Both the position numbers and the translations under genes were made by a program. The notes under the pieces are model-generated. The model was not told the origin of the DNA and did no database searches. It saw only the letters and a program-made list of their open reading frames with translations. Below are positions 47,188 through 57,398 of a DNA stretch of 64,000 bases, piece by piece; position 1 is the stretch's first letter, and each line of letters starts with the position of its first letter. Source of the stretch: a virus; the IMG/VR virus record IMGVR_UViG_3300013132_000026, positions 1-64,000 of that record; one strand, written 5' to 3'.

Positions 47188-47432
47188 ACGAACCAACTGA
47201 AGAAAAACCAAAGGACTTTGTTTTCCCAACAGAACTCATCGAGCAAATCTATGAGCTTTCTGGCGGGGCAGAAACTTACAAAGGTGTAGTAGTTTGCGTG
47301 TGCTCTTCGAAAGGAACGCCGCAAATCTATACGCGATTCGAATCGGTTCTCACTTCTCTTGGCATGAAAAAAGCCTTGGAGCAGTGGCTGGTCAACGAAG
47401 ATAACAAGCTCACAGAACAAGAATCCGAATAA
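47184..47432 (+). CDS. Hypothetical protein
   Basis: Coupled ORF between the nuclease and the helicase. Confidence 0.6.
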   Translation: MNEPTEEKPKDFVFPTELIEQIYELSGGAETYKGVVVCVCSSKGTPQIYTRFESVLTSLGMKKALEQWLVNEDNKLTEQESE

Positions 47433-48952
47433 TGCTCTACTCTCTAGAAGTCGAAAAGCAATTTCTCGCTGGACTAATTCAGCATCCAGAAACTTACGCA
47501 GAGATTTGCGACTTTATCTCCGAGTCAGATTTTTATTCTGACGATACGGTAGTTCACAAGACGATCTACCATATCGTAAAAAAATGTATCGAAGCGAGCG
47601 ATAAAGTCGATGAGATCATTATCGCGCAGCGAATCAAAGAAATCGGAATCTCATTCAAGGATAACATCGACATCTTTGACTATCTTCGCTCGCTTGCTGT
47701 TCGCAAGACGAACAAGAACACGGCAGTAATGGCCGCGAAGGAAGTGAAGAAGTATTCGATTCGCCGCTCGATTCACTCGTCAGCTCTTGAGGTTGCCGAG
47801 AAGATGAAGAAGATGGCTCCCGACTCTTCGTATCAAACGATCATCGACGAAGCGGACACAACATTCAATAAGATCATCAATATTTATGAGAACAACGAAG
47901 AAAAGCCAATCAACATCTTTGAAGAGATGGAGAGCGTCATTGAAGAACGCGGTAATAACCCCGTTACTGAGTTTGGTCTCATGGGGCCGTTTCCCACTAT
48001 TAATAAGGTTTACGGCTCTCTTCTCCGCCCCGGTAATATTACAGTTATTGTCGCCCGATCTGGCGTAGGTAAGACGCTTCTTGCCCTTAACTACACGACG
48101 AAGGTATCGGCTCAGTACGATGTTCCCGTTCTTCACTTCGATAACGGCGAAATGAGCAAAGAGGAAGTGATCATGCGTCAATGCGCCGCATTGAGTCACG
48201 TTCCGATGCATCTTCTCGAAACTGGTCTCTGGCGTAAAGCTGGTGACGATGTTGTTCAGCGCGTGCGCTCAACGTGGGCGAAGATCAAGAATCTCAAGTT
48301 TTATTATTACAACGTTGGCGGCATGACAACCGATCAGATGATCAATAATCTGAAGCGGTTCTACTACTCGAAGATTGGTCGCGGGAACAAGCTCATCTTT
48401 AGCTTCGACTACATCAAGCCGTCTGCCGATGCGGACGGTAATCGTCCAGAGTGGCAAGTGATCGGTGATATGTTGAATAAGTTCAAGAAGACGATTCAGC
48501 GCGACACCGTTCAAGATCAAAAGCCGATGATCACGATGTTCTCATCTATTCAGTCGAATAGAGGCGGCATCACAACAAATAGAAACTCGGACTCGATTAA
48601 TGACGACGAGAGTATCGTGTCGATGTCTGACCGCATCACCCACTACTGTTCGCACATGGCGATTCTTCGCCCAAAGACAGCGGACGAGCAACAGGAAGAG
48701 GGCGCGGCATTCGGGTCTCACAAGCTTATCTTCGTTAAGAGCCGCTTCTTAGGCTCCGACGTTGCAGGCGCACTTCAGCTAGTTAGAATTCAAGACGGTT
48801 CACTTAAAAAGAATTTTATCAATCTTCAATTCCACAACTTCGATATTGAAGAGCGCGGTGACTTGCGAGACATTGTAAATTCAGTAGACACAGGTCAAAC
48901 AACGCTTAGAAGAAACCACGATGCGGACGATGTCCCAAACTTCAACAGTTGA
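47432..48952 (+). CDS. dnaB: Replicative DnaB-like helicase
   Basis: N-terminal EKQFLAGLI..P; Walker A ARSGVGKT; GEMS; FDYI; Q.NR; K.R. Confidence 0.9.
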   Translation: MLYSLEVEKQFLAGLIQHPETYAEICDFISESDFYSDDTVVHKTIYHIVKKCIEASDKVDEIIIAQRIKEIGISFKDNIDIFDYLRSLAVRKTNKNTAVMAAKEVKKYSIRRSIHSSALEVAEKMKKMAPDSSYQTIIDEADTTFNKIINIYENNEEKPINIFEEMESVIEERGNNPVTEFGLMGPFPTINKVYGSLLRPGNITVIVARSGVGKTLLALNYTTKVSAQYDVPVLHFDNGEMSKEEVIMRQCAALSHVPMHLLETGLWRKAGDDVVQRVRSTWAKIKNLKFYYYNVGGMTTDQMINNLKRFYYSKIGRGNKLIFSFDYIKPSADADGNRPEWQVIGDMLNKFKKTIQRDTVQDQKPMITMFSSIQSNRGGITTNRNSDSINDDESIVSMSDRITHYCSHMAILRPKTADEQQEEGAAFGSHKLIFVKSRFLGSDVAGALQLVRIQDGSLKKNFINLQFHNFDIEERGDLRDIVNSVDTGQTTLRRNHDADDVPNFNS

Positions 48953-50006
48953 TCCGTTGATCCTCAAAGGGTCACTAGAGTCTATGGGCTACAAGCTCAA
49001 AGACTATGGCAGTTATTGGCGAGCTTGCGCGATTTATCGTGGAGGAGATAACACAACTGCGCTCAAGATCTACAAGAACAGCGGCGTCTGGACCGACTAC
49101 GCTCAAGGCAGCACAAAGAGCTATCCGTTTCAGCGTCTCGTTGAGCTTACGCTAGATACCAAGGAATCGCACATCATAAATAAGTATGTAAAGTTCGATC
49201 CTCAGAATATAATACACGCCGAAGTAAAAGAGAGAATCGAAATGGAAAAGATCTACCCAGAATCGCTTTTAGACAATCTTTTGCCGCATCTTGACTTTTA
49301 TCAGAAGAAAAAGATCTCAGACGCGACGCTTCAGTTTTATAAGTGTGGGTATGCGACTGGCGGTCAAATGTTCAAGCGCATCGTTTTTCCGATTTACAAT
49401 CAGTACGGTCAGATTCACGGTTTTTCTGGTCGCGCACCGCTTTGGCAGAAGAGCGACGAGTTTCCAAAATGGAAGCACCTTGGAAAGCGGGCAAACTGGG
49501 TCTATCCGCTATACATGAAACGCAACGGAATCGAAGAAGTCCGCGAATCCATAGAGAAGTCTAAGCGCGTATTTATCGTCGAAAGTATTGGCGACAGCAT
49601 GGCTCTTTTCGAAAACGGCTATAAAAATAACCTTGCCACGTTTGGCTTGGGAGTTTCTTCGAAATTCTGCTCCGCGCTGCTTTCTTTGGACGTTGATAAA
49701 ATTACTATTGCTTACAACAACGATTCGTCTTCCGAGATAAATCACGGTCTTGTCTCTGCCTGTAAAGCCTATTTGCAGCTTTTATCCGTTTTCGACCCGT
49801 CGAAACTCGAAATTAGACTCCCGCCAAGAAATGACTTTTCGGATCTTTTTCTAGAAGAGGGTTGCCACGAAGTTTTTCAAGAATGGCTCAAGAAAGAAAT
49901 TCGCCAAGCCGATCAGATAAATGCTATTTTAGAAATAGCTGTTGCAAATAAATTCCCCGACAATTTAGTCGAAAGGGCAAAAAAGTTAGTAGAAGACATT
50001 GGATAA
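48930..50006 (+). CDS. dnaG: DnaG-like primase (TOPRIM)
   Basis: RIVFPI.N..G.I.GFSGR; PKWKH; FIVESIGD; FG; AYNND; NDF. Confidence 0.85.
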   Translation: MSQTSTVDPLILKGSLESMGYKLKDYGSYWRACAIYRGGDNTTALKIYKNSGVWTDYAQGSTKSYPFQRLVELTLDTKESHIINKYVKFDPQNIIHAEVKERIEMEKIYPESLLDNLLPHLDFYQKKKISDATLQFYKCGYATGGQMFKRIVFPIYNQYGQIHGFSGRAPLWQKSDEFPKWKHLGKRANWVYPLYMKRNGIEEVRESIEKSKRVFIVESIGDSMALFENGYKNNLATFGLGVSSKFCSALLSLDVDKITIAYNNDSSSEINHGLVSACKAYLQLLSVFDPSKLEIRLPPRNDFSDLFLEEGCHEVFQEWLKKEIRQADQINAILEIAVANKFPDNLVERAKKLVEDIG

Positions 50007-51027
50007 ACCTAAACACACGGCACTTTCCGCTAGCAGAATCAAAACATTAGAAAAATGCAGTTGGTCATATTGGTGCTCTTATGTTCTCAAGTTGCCCGAT
50101 AAGGCGAACGACGGCTCGTCTCGCGGAAACGTTGTCCACTTGGTCCTTGAAATGCTTGCTAAAAAAAATCGTAAGCAATACGTTAACGATATCTTATTCG
50201 CGAAGAATATTTTTTGCGTTCCGTCGATCAAGAAGCTCACTTTAAAGCACGCCAGAAAGCATAATGTTTCCGATCAAGAGAACATTGAGCTAATCAAGCA
50301 AATGACGCTGACCGCCCTAGAGCATGACTTCTGGGGTAAGGGTAACGGTAAAGTTCTGCAAGATTTGCAAGAAAGAACTTTCGATATTGACATTTCAGAA
50401 GAAAATAAAAGCTATCGTTTAAGGGGTTTTATTGACCGCCAGTTCATGTACGAAGACGGATCATCGGTTGTTCGCGATTACAAGACTAGCAAAGCGGTAT
50501 TTAGCGGCAAAGATGCCGATGACAATCTTCAGCATTTTATTTATACTCTTGCGTCTAAAAAGCTCGATCCAAAATACGAGGTTGCTATGGAATTTTTATT
50601 TCTAAAATTCGACCTGCAGAAGAAAAAGGGCGGCGGCTTGTTGAAGATGGAGCCTCTATCGGAAAAAGACCTTTCCGATTTTGAGCTTCACCTTACAGAA
50701 GTGCAAAAAGTAATTGACAACTTTTCCGAGAGGGACGCTTATTCAAATTTTGCTGCCGACAAACCAATGCCTTCTGATGGTTCATTTTCTGGGAAATTGT
50801 CTTGCGGCTTCGCGAAATACAAAGGTCAGCTAAAGAAAGACGGCAATCCAATGTGGCATTGCCCCTACAAGTTTGATTTTATTTACTACGCTCTTCGAGA
50901 CAAAGAAAATAAAATTGTAAAAACTGCATTTGGAGAAGACGCTGGAGATCTTTTTAAAGGTATGCCAGAGGGCTTTAAGGTCACAAAAGAGCAGTATGCT
51001 GGTTGTCCAGCGCATCAAAAGACTTGA
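49999..51027 (+). CDS. PD-(D/E)xK Cas4/AddB-like exonuclease
   Basis: LSASRIKT..KC; G.VVH.VLE; LRGFID; DYKT; Q..IY; C-terminal cysteines. Confidence 0.85.
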   Translation: MDKPKHTALSASRIKTLEKCSWSYWCSYVLKLPDKANDGSSRGNVVHLVLEMLAKKNRKQYVNDILFAKNIFCVPSIKKLTLKHARKHNVSDQENIELIKQMTLTALEHDFWGKGNGKVLQDLQERTFDIDISEENKSYRLRGFIDRQFMYEDGSSVVRDYKTSKAVFSGKDADDNLQHFIYTLASKKLDPKYEVAMEFLFLKFDLQKKKGGGLLKMEPLSEKDLSDFELHLTEVQKVIDNFSERDAYSNFAADKPMPSDGSFSGKLSCGFAKYKGQLKKDGNPMWHCPYKFDFIYYALRDKENKIVKTAFGEDAGDLFKGMPEGFKVTKEQYAGCPAHQKT

Positions 51028-51057
51028 CAAGTCTCGTTCTCTTGTTATTTATGAGTA

Positions 51058-51795
51058 ATGGTCCCTTTATTCAAGTCTCACTTTTCCGTGGGGAAAAGCA
51101 TTTTAACTCTGGCTGAACCAGAAAAGCAAAAGCCAGACGGTCCAGACAGTATTATTTCCATCGCAATCGAGAACGGATTAAAAGAAATCTATCTCGTAGA
51201 AGACTCGCTGACTGGCTTTTTGACGGCTTTCAAATCGTGCAAAGCGCACGATATTCATCTCAAGTTCGGGTTAAGAATTTCTGTTTGCAACTCGTATGAT
51301 TCAGTAGAGACTTCTAGTCACAAAGTCGTTTTGTTTGCCTTGAACGACAACGGGTTCAAGGACTTGAATAAGATTTACACGCACGCCTTCGTTCATCACG
51401 AAGGCACGATTTCTAACGATGATATTGTAGCCAAATTAACGGAGAACGTGCTTGTTGCAATTCCGTTTTACGACTCGTACATCTGGAATAATATGTATAG
51501 CTTTTCAGACTGTATGCCGAGCTTTAATGCGCACGTTTATTTTGTGGAAGACAACAATCTTCCGTTCGATAAGCTTACCGCCGATTTTATCCGTTCGAAA
51601 CAAAACAAATCTTCCATTGTAGAAGCCAAGTCGATCTACTATTATAAGAGAGACGACTTTGACGCTTGGATAACGTACAAGATCGCTTGCAATCGACGCA
51701 TGGGCAAATCGCAGACCTTGTCTGCGCCAGAGATCAATGGGTGCGGAAGCCGCGAGTTCTGCTTCGAATCTTGGGCTCAGAGAAGCTATGAATAA
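51058..51795 (+). CDS. Stand-alone PHP domain of DNA polymerase III alpha
   Basis: PLFKSHFS.GKSIL; GF..AFK.C....I..KFG; VLFA.N..GFKDL.KI. Confidence 0.8.
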   Translation: MVPLFKSHFSVGKSILTLAEPEKQKPDGPDSIISIAIENGLKEIYLVEDSLTGFLTAFKSCKAHDIHLKFGLRISVCNSYDSVETSSHKVVLFALNDNGFKDLNKIYTHAFVHHEGTISNDDIVAKLTENVLVAIPFYDSYIWNNMYSFSDCMPSFNAHVYFVEDNNLPFDKLTADFIRSKQNKSSIVEAKSIYYYKRDDFDAWITYKIACNRRMGKSQTLSAPEINGCGSREFCFESWAQRSYE

Positions 51796-52414
51796 TCTTT
51801 TAAAACAGAAAATTAACCAAAAGTTTGTTGTCTTCGATACAGAAACCGAAGGACTGTCTTTGACCTCTTCGCGTCCTTGGCAACTTTCTTGGATCGTTTG
51901 TCAAGGCGATCAAATTTTAGAGAGACACGACGAGTTTGTGAAATACGATGATTTGAACGTTTCAGAGGATGCGGCTAAAGTTACAGGATTTAATTTTGCA
52001 AATTACTCTGCAAAAGCAAAAGACCCGATGGATGTTTGGAGAAAGTTTGCCAAGTATCTTTACGATGACCAGTACATTTTCGTCGGGCATAATATTCTCA
52101 ACTTCGATATTTACATCCTCAATACAATGATGCGCGGGCTTGGACTTAAAAATGATTGGCGTTTCGTGTCAAGAATGATCGATACCCGTTCTCTTGCCGT
52201 TGCAATGTTTAAGAAGATCAAGCGAAACGGCGATTTGATTCCTTGGCAAATTAAGCTTATTAACGTTCGCGAAAAAGGGCTAAAGGCTAGTCAAGGATTC
52301 CTTTTGAAGCATTTTGCCGTTGATCACGATCCGTCGAAACTGCACAACGCTCTGTACGACATTGAAATGAATTATATTTTATTCAGAAAACTTATCGCGG
52401 AGGTCGAAGTATGA
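51788..52414 (+). CDS. DEDDh 3'-5' exonuclease (Pol III epsilon-like)
   Basis: VFDTETEGL; VGHNILNFD; IDT; LHNALYD. Confidence 0.9.
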   Translation: MNNLLKQKINQKFVVFDTETEGLSLTSSRPWQLSWIVCQGDQILERHDEFVKYDDLNVSEDAAKVTGFNFANYSAKAKDPMDVWRKFAKYLYDDQYIFVGHNILNFDIYILNTMMRGLGLKNDWRFVSRMIDTRSLAVAMFKKIKRNGDLIPWQIKLINVREKGLKASQGFLLKHFAVDHDPSKLHNALYDIEMNYILFRKLIAEVEV

Positions 52415-54981
52415 GTCTTTTGCTCGAAACATTCAAAAGATACGAACATCCAGTACCGCCCGGCGTTCGACTCCCAGAAATTAAAATCGACGCCAAATAC
52501 TACGAAACACTTGGCATAGACAGTACTGTTTCTAATTTTGAGTTCTTGCGTCAACTTTGTTTGCGTGCAGTTGTCGCTAAAGGAATCGATAAACTTCCAA
52601 ATAAAAAAGAATACTACGAGCGAGCCAAGATGGAACTTGCCGTATTCAACGAACTCGGCTTCGTTGACTATATTTTGCTTAATTGGGACATTCTGAAATA
52701 CGCCCACGAAAACAATATCCCGACTGGGTACGGTCGCGGCTCTGCCGCTGGATCTCTGATTCTTTATTTACTTTCGGTCACTAACGTTGACCCAATCAAA
52801 AACGGCTTGTTCTTTGAGCGTTTCGTGTCCAAGAGTCGCGCAAAGAAGATCGTTGTTGATGGAATTACTTATCTCGATGGTTCGCTGATGCCAGATGTTG
52901 ATAACGATATCGAATTTTCTAAGCGTCACGAAGTTATCAATTATATCAAGACGAAGTACTCCGGTAAGACTTGCAAAATTCTTACCATGAACACGCTAAC
53001 TGGTAAACTATGCATCAAAGAGTGCGCGAAGATTATCGCCGAGATGAGCGAAGACGAAGTAAATGCGATTAGCGACGTTATTCCGAAACAGTTCGGCAAA
53101 GTATTCCCTCTCAAGGATGCCTATGACCAAAGCGAACAATTCAAAGCTTTTTGCGACAAGAATACCAAGGTATTCAAAATAGCAAAGAAAATCGAAGGGC
53201 TAAATAAAAATACGGGCGTTCACCCGTCTGGCATTTCGATTTCTTACTACGATAACGAAGAGATTATGCCTTTGCAAAAGACTGGCGACGGAGAAGTTGT
53301 GTCGGCTTACGACATGAACAATATTTCCGAGATCACCGTAAAGTTCGATATTCTTGGTCTCAGAACACTTACAGTCGTTTATGATACTTGCCAACGTCTC
53401 GGCTTAGACTTCAAGAATCTCGATTTCGATAAACCTGCTACTTACAAGTTCCTTCAAGACTTGCAGAATCCAAAGGGCTTGTTTCAAATTGAGGCGAATA
53501 CGAACTTCCATGTCTGCCGCAAAGTGAAGCCTCGCAATATGCTTGAACTTGCTTGTGTTCTTTCTCTTGCTCGACCGGGCGCTTTGGACTTCGTAGAACA
53601 GTATGCTCGTTACGTTGAGACTAATCAACTCCAATCAGTCCATCCATTTTTTGATGATATTTTGAGCGTAACTGGAGGTATCCCGATCTTTCAAGAACAG
53701 TTGATGAAAATGGTTGTTAAGGTTGGATTCACGCTCGATGAAGCAGAAACTGTTCGCCGTATCGTTGGCAAAAAGAAGGTTAGCGAAATGCCCGCTTGGC
53801 AAGAAAAAATTCGCAATAAAGTTGCCGAGAACGATCTAGAATCTCAAGTGGCGGACGTTCTTTGGAAGGTAGCTGAAGATAGCGCGAACTATTCGTTTTG
53901 CGCCGCCCATGCCTTTTCCTACGGAACCCTAAGCGCATTAACAACTTACCTAAAATTTAATCATCCAAAAGAATTTTTCTTAGCTCTCTTAAAGTCTTCA
54001 AAGCACGAACCAGATCCGCACGAAGAGATCGAGACGATCTCTCAGGAACTCAGTTTCTTCGGTATCCGACTGCTTCCTCCCGACTTAGCAAAGTCTCACG
54101 CAGATTTTGAGATCGAGGGAGATAATATCCGATTCGGATTGAACGCGATTAAGGGCGTATCAGATAAGGTTCTTGAAAACCTTCTTACGTTTCGAGAAGC
54201 CGAGTTTAAAAACAAAATTGATTGTTTCGACGGGGCGAAAGAAGCTGGCGTAAATATCGGAGTTTTATCTTCTTTGATTCAAGCAGGAACGTTATCGAGC
54301 TTTAGTGAAAAGCGCTGCCGTCTCGTTCTTGAGGCTCAGAGCTACAATATTCTTACCGATAGAGAAAAGCGGAATGTTAAGCTTGTCGCTGATAAATATC
54401 AACACGACGCTCTAACTGCGATTTCAGAAATGGCGAAAGCTAAGGCTGTCGGCGACGACAATAAGCCGTTCATGACTGAAAAACGCTTTAATACATTTAA
54501 AACCAAATACGAGTCTTACAAAAAGATTTATGACATGAACAAGCAATACGAGAAGTTCGCCAATTGGTTTTTCGAAAAGCGATTGCTTGGCTACAGCTAC
54601 ACTTACAAGCTTAAAGAAGTTTTTCATCAAGACGAGCACGAACGACTATTCACGACTTACGAAGTTTCTCAAGCCCAAGTTCGAGATGCTGTAAAAATGG
54701 TTGGAGTCGTAAAAGAGGCTCGTAAAAAAGTGAGCAGAGCAGGCAGACCTTACTTATTGGTTAAAATTGCTGACGAGTACGGTCAAACCGTATGCCGTCT
54801 AACCGATGGCGGTCGCGACGACAAGTTTACGATGTACTACGAAGGAGGAGGCAAAACTCCAAAAGAAGACGATATCGTTGTCGTCTACGGCTCTAAAGCC
54901 GAGGACTCTATTTTCTTAAATGGCTTGACAATACTTTCGGAAAGGATCTATACTAAGCTATCGCAGATCGAATCTGTGTAA
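52411..54981 (+). CDS. dnaE: DNA polymerase III alpha, catalytic part lacking the PHP domain
   Basis: GRGSAAGS; FERF; PDVDND; GVHPSG; KFDILGL; FQEQ; IRFGL..IKG; C-terminal OB fold. Confidence 0.92.
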   Translation: MSLLLETFKRYEHPVPPGVRLPEIKIDAKYYETLGIDSTVSNFEFLRQLCLRAVVAKGIDKLPNKKEYYERAKMELAVFNELGFVDYILLNWDILKYAHENNIPTGYGRGSAAGSLILYLLSVTNVDPIKNGLFFERFVSKSRAKKIVVDGITYLDGSLMPDVDNDIEFSKRHEVINYIKTKYSGKTCKILTMNTLTGKLCIKECAKIIAEMSEDEVNAISDVIPKQFGKVFPLKDAYDQSEQFKAFCDKNTKVFKIAKKIEGLNKNTGVHPSGISISYYDNEEIMPLQKTGDGEVVSAYDMNNISEITVKFDILGLRTLTVVYDTCQRLGLDFKNLDFDKPATYKFLQDLQNPKGLFQIEANTNFHVCRKVKPRNMLELACVLSLARPGALDFVEQYARYVETNQLQSVHPFFDDILSVTGGIPIFQEQLMKMVVKVGFTLDEAETVRRIVGKKKVSEMPAWQEKIRNKVAENDLESQVADVLWKVAEDSANYSFCAAHAFSYGTLSALTTYLKFNHPKEFFLALLKSSKHEPDPHEEIETISQELSFFGIRLLPPDLAKSHADFEIEGDNIRFGLNAIKGVSDKVLENLLTFREAEFKNKIDCFDGAKEAGVNIGVLSSLIQAGTLSSFSEKRCRLVLEAQSYNILTDREKRNVKLVADKYQHDALTAISEMAKAKAVGDDNKPFMTEKRFNTFKTKYESYKKIYDMNKQYEKFANWFFEKRLLGYSYTYKLKEVFHQDEHERLFTTYEVSQAQVRDAVKMVGVVKEARKKVSRAGRPYLLVKIADEYGQTVCRLTDGGRDDKFTMYYEGGGKTPKEDDIVVVYGSKAEDSIFLNGLTILSERIYTKLSQIESV
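54925..54954 (+). promoter_or_regulatory. sigma70-type promoter inside the dnaE 3' end, upstream of the Clp ATPase
   Basis: TTGACA-N18-TATACT. Confidence 0.55.
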
Positions 54982-54983
54982 AA

Positions 54984-57398
54984 ATGAATAAAGTGCAACA
55001 AATCAACTTCACTCCTAGGGCAACGCGGGCGCTAGAAATCTCCAAGCAGCGCTGTTTGGAGAATAACTATCATGAGATTACCGAAGACTTTTTGCTCCAC
55101 GCAATTTTGTTTTCCGAATCAATGATTGTTAATACGGTGTTTAGCGCCTTAAATATTCATACTAAACAAGTTGTGATTGCGCTATCGAAGACACTTCCGT
55201 CAAATAAAAAGAAACTGCCAAGCTCAGATATTCCGTTTGGTTCCGTCTCTGCCGAGGTTATTAAAAACTCTCAAATTATTTCTGAAGCGTTTAAGCAAAA
55301 CTATACTGGCGTAGAGCATATCTTTTTATCGCTTTTGAGGCACTCTGAACTTGTAAAAAAGTTCTTAAAAAAGAACTCGATTGACGTTGGCTTCTTGACA
55401 GATAAAACGGAAAAAGAGTGCGAACTCATTTCGAATCCGATTAAAAAGCCCGCGCCGCCTCAGTCTGACAGAACTAGCAACGAAAGCTTAATTTCATCTC
55501 ACTGCGTAGACTACAATGAAAAAGCTTCCAAGGGAGAATTTGACCATATATCTTTTCGCGAAAAAGAAGTCGAGCAGATGTTTGAAATCCTTTGTCGCAA
55601 GCAAAAGCGGAATCCGATGCTTATCGGAGATGCTGGAGTAGGCAAGAGTGCCGTTGTAGGGCTAATCGCAAAAAACATCATTTCGTGCAATTGCACAGAG
55701 TTTCTTTTGAATAAGAAGGTTTTATCTCTTGATCTTGGGGCTCTTATCTCTGGCACAAGGCTTCGCGGCGAGTTTGAAGAGAAGCTTGTAAAAATTATGA
55801 CGGAAATCAAAGCTATGGGCAATGTAATTTTGTTCATTGACGAGATTCATAATATTATTGGACTCGGCAATGACGCGGGTCAAATGGACGGAGCGAATAT
55901 CCTAAAGTCCTATTTTACTGCCGAAGACCTTTCGTTTATCGGGGCGACAACGCAACAAGAATACGACAAGTACTTTGCGAAAGACTCGGCTATGTCTCGG
56001 CGCTTCGAGAACGTCTTTGTTCGTGAGCCAACTAAAGACGAGACTTTCGGCATTTTGAAGAACGTGAAATCATTCTATCAGACGTTCCATATGATCGAGT
56101 ATCCAAATTCGGTCCTGATGAACATCGTTAATGTTTGCGATAAGTATATGCCAAATAGACGCTTCCCAGATAAGGCTATTGATCTTCTCGATCAGATCGG
56201 AGCTAAAGTTAAAATTCGAGGTTTTGCGCGTCCAGACGAAATTAAAAACATTGAAAAACTAATCATTCAATTCGAAAAGTTTGCTCCCGATGACGTGAAG
56301 AAAAACCACTTGCCTAACTTAATAAGAGATTACGAATCAAAATACAATGTCTGGGTAGAAGCCGCTAAGGAAAAAAAGGTTCGAGCGAAGAAGAAAGACG
56401 TTTACAAGGCTTTGTCAGATAAGCTCGGCAAAGTCATTGACTCAAATTCTGACAACGACGGAATCAAGAATATTTACAGCAACCTGCAAAAGCACGTCTT
56501 TGGACAAGACAAGGCTTTAAAGAAGATTTCCGATTGTATCTTGCGTTCATCATTTGGCTTGTCAAAGAATAGTCGCCCGCTTGGGAATTTTATGTTTATT
56601 GGCCCAACTGGCTCAGGAAAGAGTCATTTGGCTCGAACGCTAGCGAAACAGGCTTTCGGGAGCGATTCTAATCTTTGCGTAATAGATATGTCAGAGTTTA
56701 TGGAAAGTCATTCGGTTTCGAAACTGATTGGCGCTCCCCCCGGTTACGTTGGGTGTAATCAAGTAAGTGTTTTAACCGCTCATTTAACTCGCCACCCATC
56801 GTCAGTATTTCTTTTTGACGAAATCGAGAAAGCTCACCCAGACATAGTTAATGTTTTGCTCCAGATCATGGATAGCGGACAACTCACAACTTCTGACGGG
56901 GAAAAGCTTTCGTTTAAAAATTCAATCATCATTATGACCGGAAACGTTGGCTATCAAATCAACGATAATAAACGAATGGGTTTTATGGCGACTGCTCAAT
57001 CAACGCCTACAAAAGATACTGTTCTAGAAAGCTTAAAGAAGTTCTTCCGCCCAGAATTCTTGGCCCGCTTAAATGATATTGTTATTTTCGACGAACTTAG
57101 CGAAGAATCGCTGATCAAAGTGGTCGAATCCGAGTTTTCCCAGATTCAAGCATCGCTGCTTGAGAGCGGAACGAAAGTTTCTTTCTCGCCGGAAGTTATC
57201 GACTTTATTTTGCAGAAAACAAAAGATTCTAGCACGGGAGCAAGAAAAATCGTTTTTTACGTCGAAAATGAGATCAAAACCAAAATTGTAGACATCTTGC
57301 GGGCAAATACATACAATAAAATCAAGATCTCCATTAAAGACGGAGAGTTGACCATCAATGGAAAAACGAAGAAACTTCTTGCGACACACAGTATCTAG
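54984..57398 (+). CDS. ClpA/B/C-family Hsp100 AAA+ ATPase
   Basis: Clp-N repeats; GDAGVGKS, LFIDEIH, GATT..EY, RRF, PDKAIDLLD; second NBD GPTGSGKS, LIGAPPGYVG, FDEIEKAHPD, FRPEFLARL. Confidence 0.92.
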   Translation: MNKVQQINFTPRATRALEISKQRCLENNYHEITEDFLLHAILFSESMIVNTVFSALNIHTKQVVIALSKTLPSNKKKLPSSDIPFGSVSAEVIKNSQIISEAFKQNYTGVEHIFLSLLRHSELVKKFLKKNSIDVGFLTDKTEKECELISNPIKKPAPPQSDRTSNESLISSHCVDYNEKASKGEFDHISFREKEVEQMFEILCRKQKRNPMLIGDAGVGKSAVVGLIAKNIISCNCTEFLLNKKVLSLDLGALISGTRLRGEFEEKLVKIMTEIKAMGNVILFIDEIHNIIGLGNDAGQMDGANILKSYFTAEDLSFIGATTQQEYDKYFAKDSAMSRRFENVFVREPTKDETFGILKNVKSFYQTFHMIEYPNSVLMNIVNVCDKYMPNRRFPDKAIDLLDQIGAKVKIRGFARPDEIKNIEKLIIQFEKFAPDDVKKNHLPNLIRDYESKYNVWVEAAKEKKVRAKKKDVYKALSDKLGKVIDSNSDNDGIKNIYSNLQKHVFGQDKALKKISDCILRSSFGLSKNSRPLGNFMFIGPTGSGKSHLARTLAKQAFGSDSNLCVIDMSEFMESHSVSKLIGAPPGYVGCNQVSVLTAHLTRHPSSVFLFDEIEKAHPDIVNVLLQIMDSGQLTTSDGEKLSFKNSIIIMTGNVGYQINDNKRMGFMATAQSTPTKDTVLESLKKFFRPEFLARLNDIVIFDELSEESLIKVVESEFSQIQASLLESGTKVSFSPEVIDFILQKTKDSSTGARKIVFYVENEIKTKIVDILRANTYNKIKISIKDGELTINGKTKKLLATHSI

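Noticed and set aside
49999-51027. Cas4-like gene as part of a CRISPR-Cas system
   Set aside because: It sits in the replication module with no cas1/cas2 or array, as is typical of a phage exonuclease.
53880-53925. Intein at the DnaE YSFCAAH site
   Set aside because: The sequence continues co-linearly with DnaE (H..SY..L...T.YLK), with no insertion and no HN-C/S/T end.
54977-54982. TGTAAA before the Clp gene, and GTGTAAA at ~33658, as late promoters
   Set aside because: The first is only 1 nt from the ATG and a sigma70 promoter lies upstream. The second lies inside a minus-strand gene and points into no plus-strand gene.
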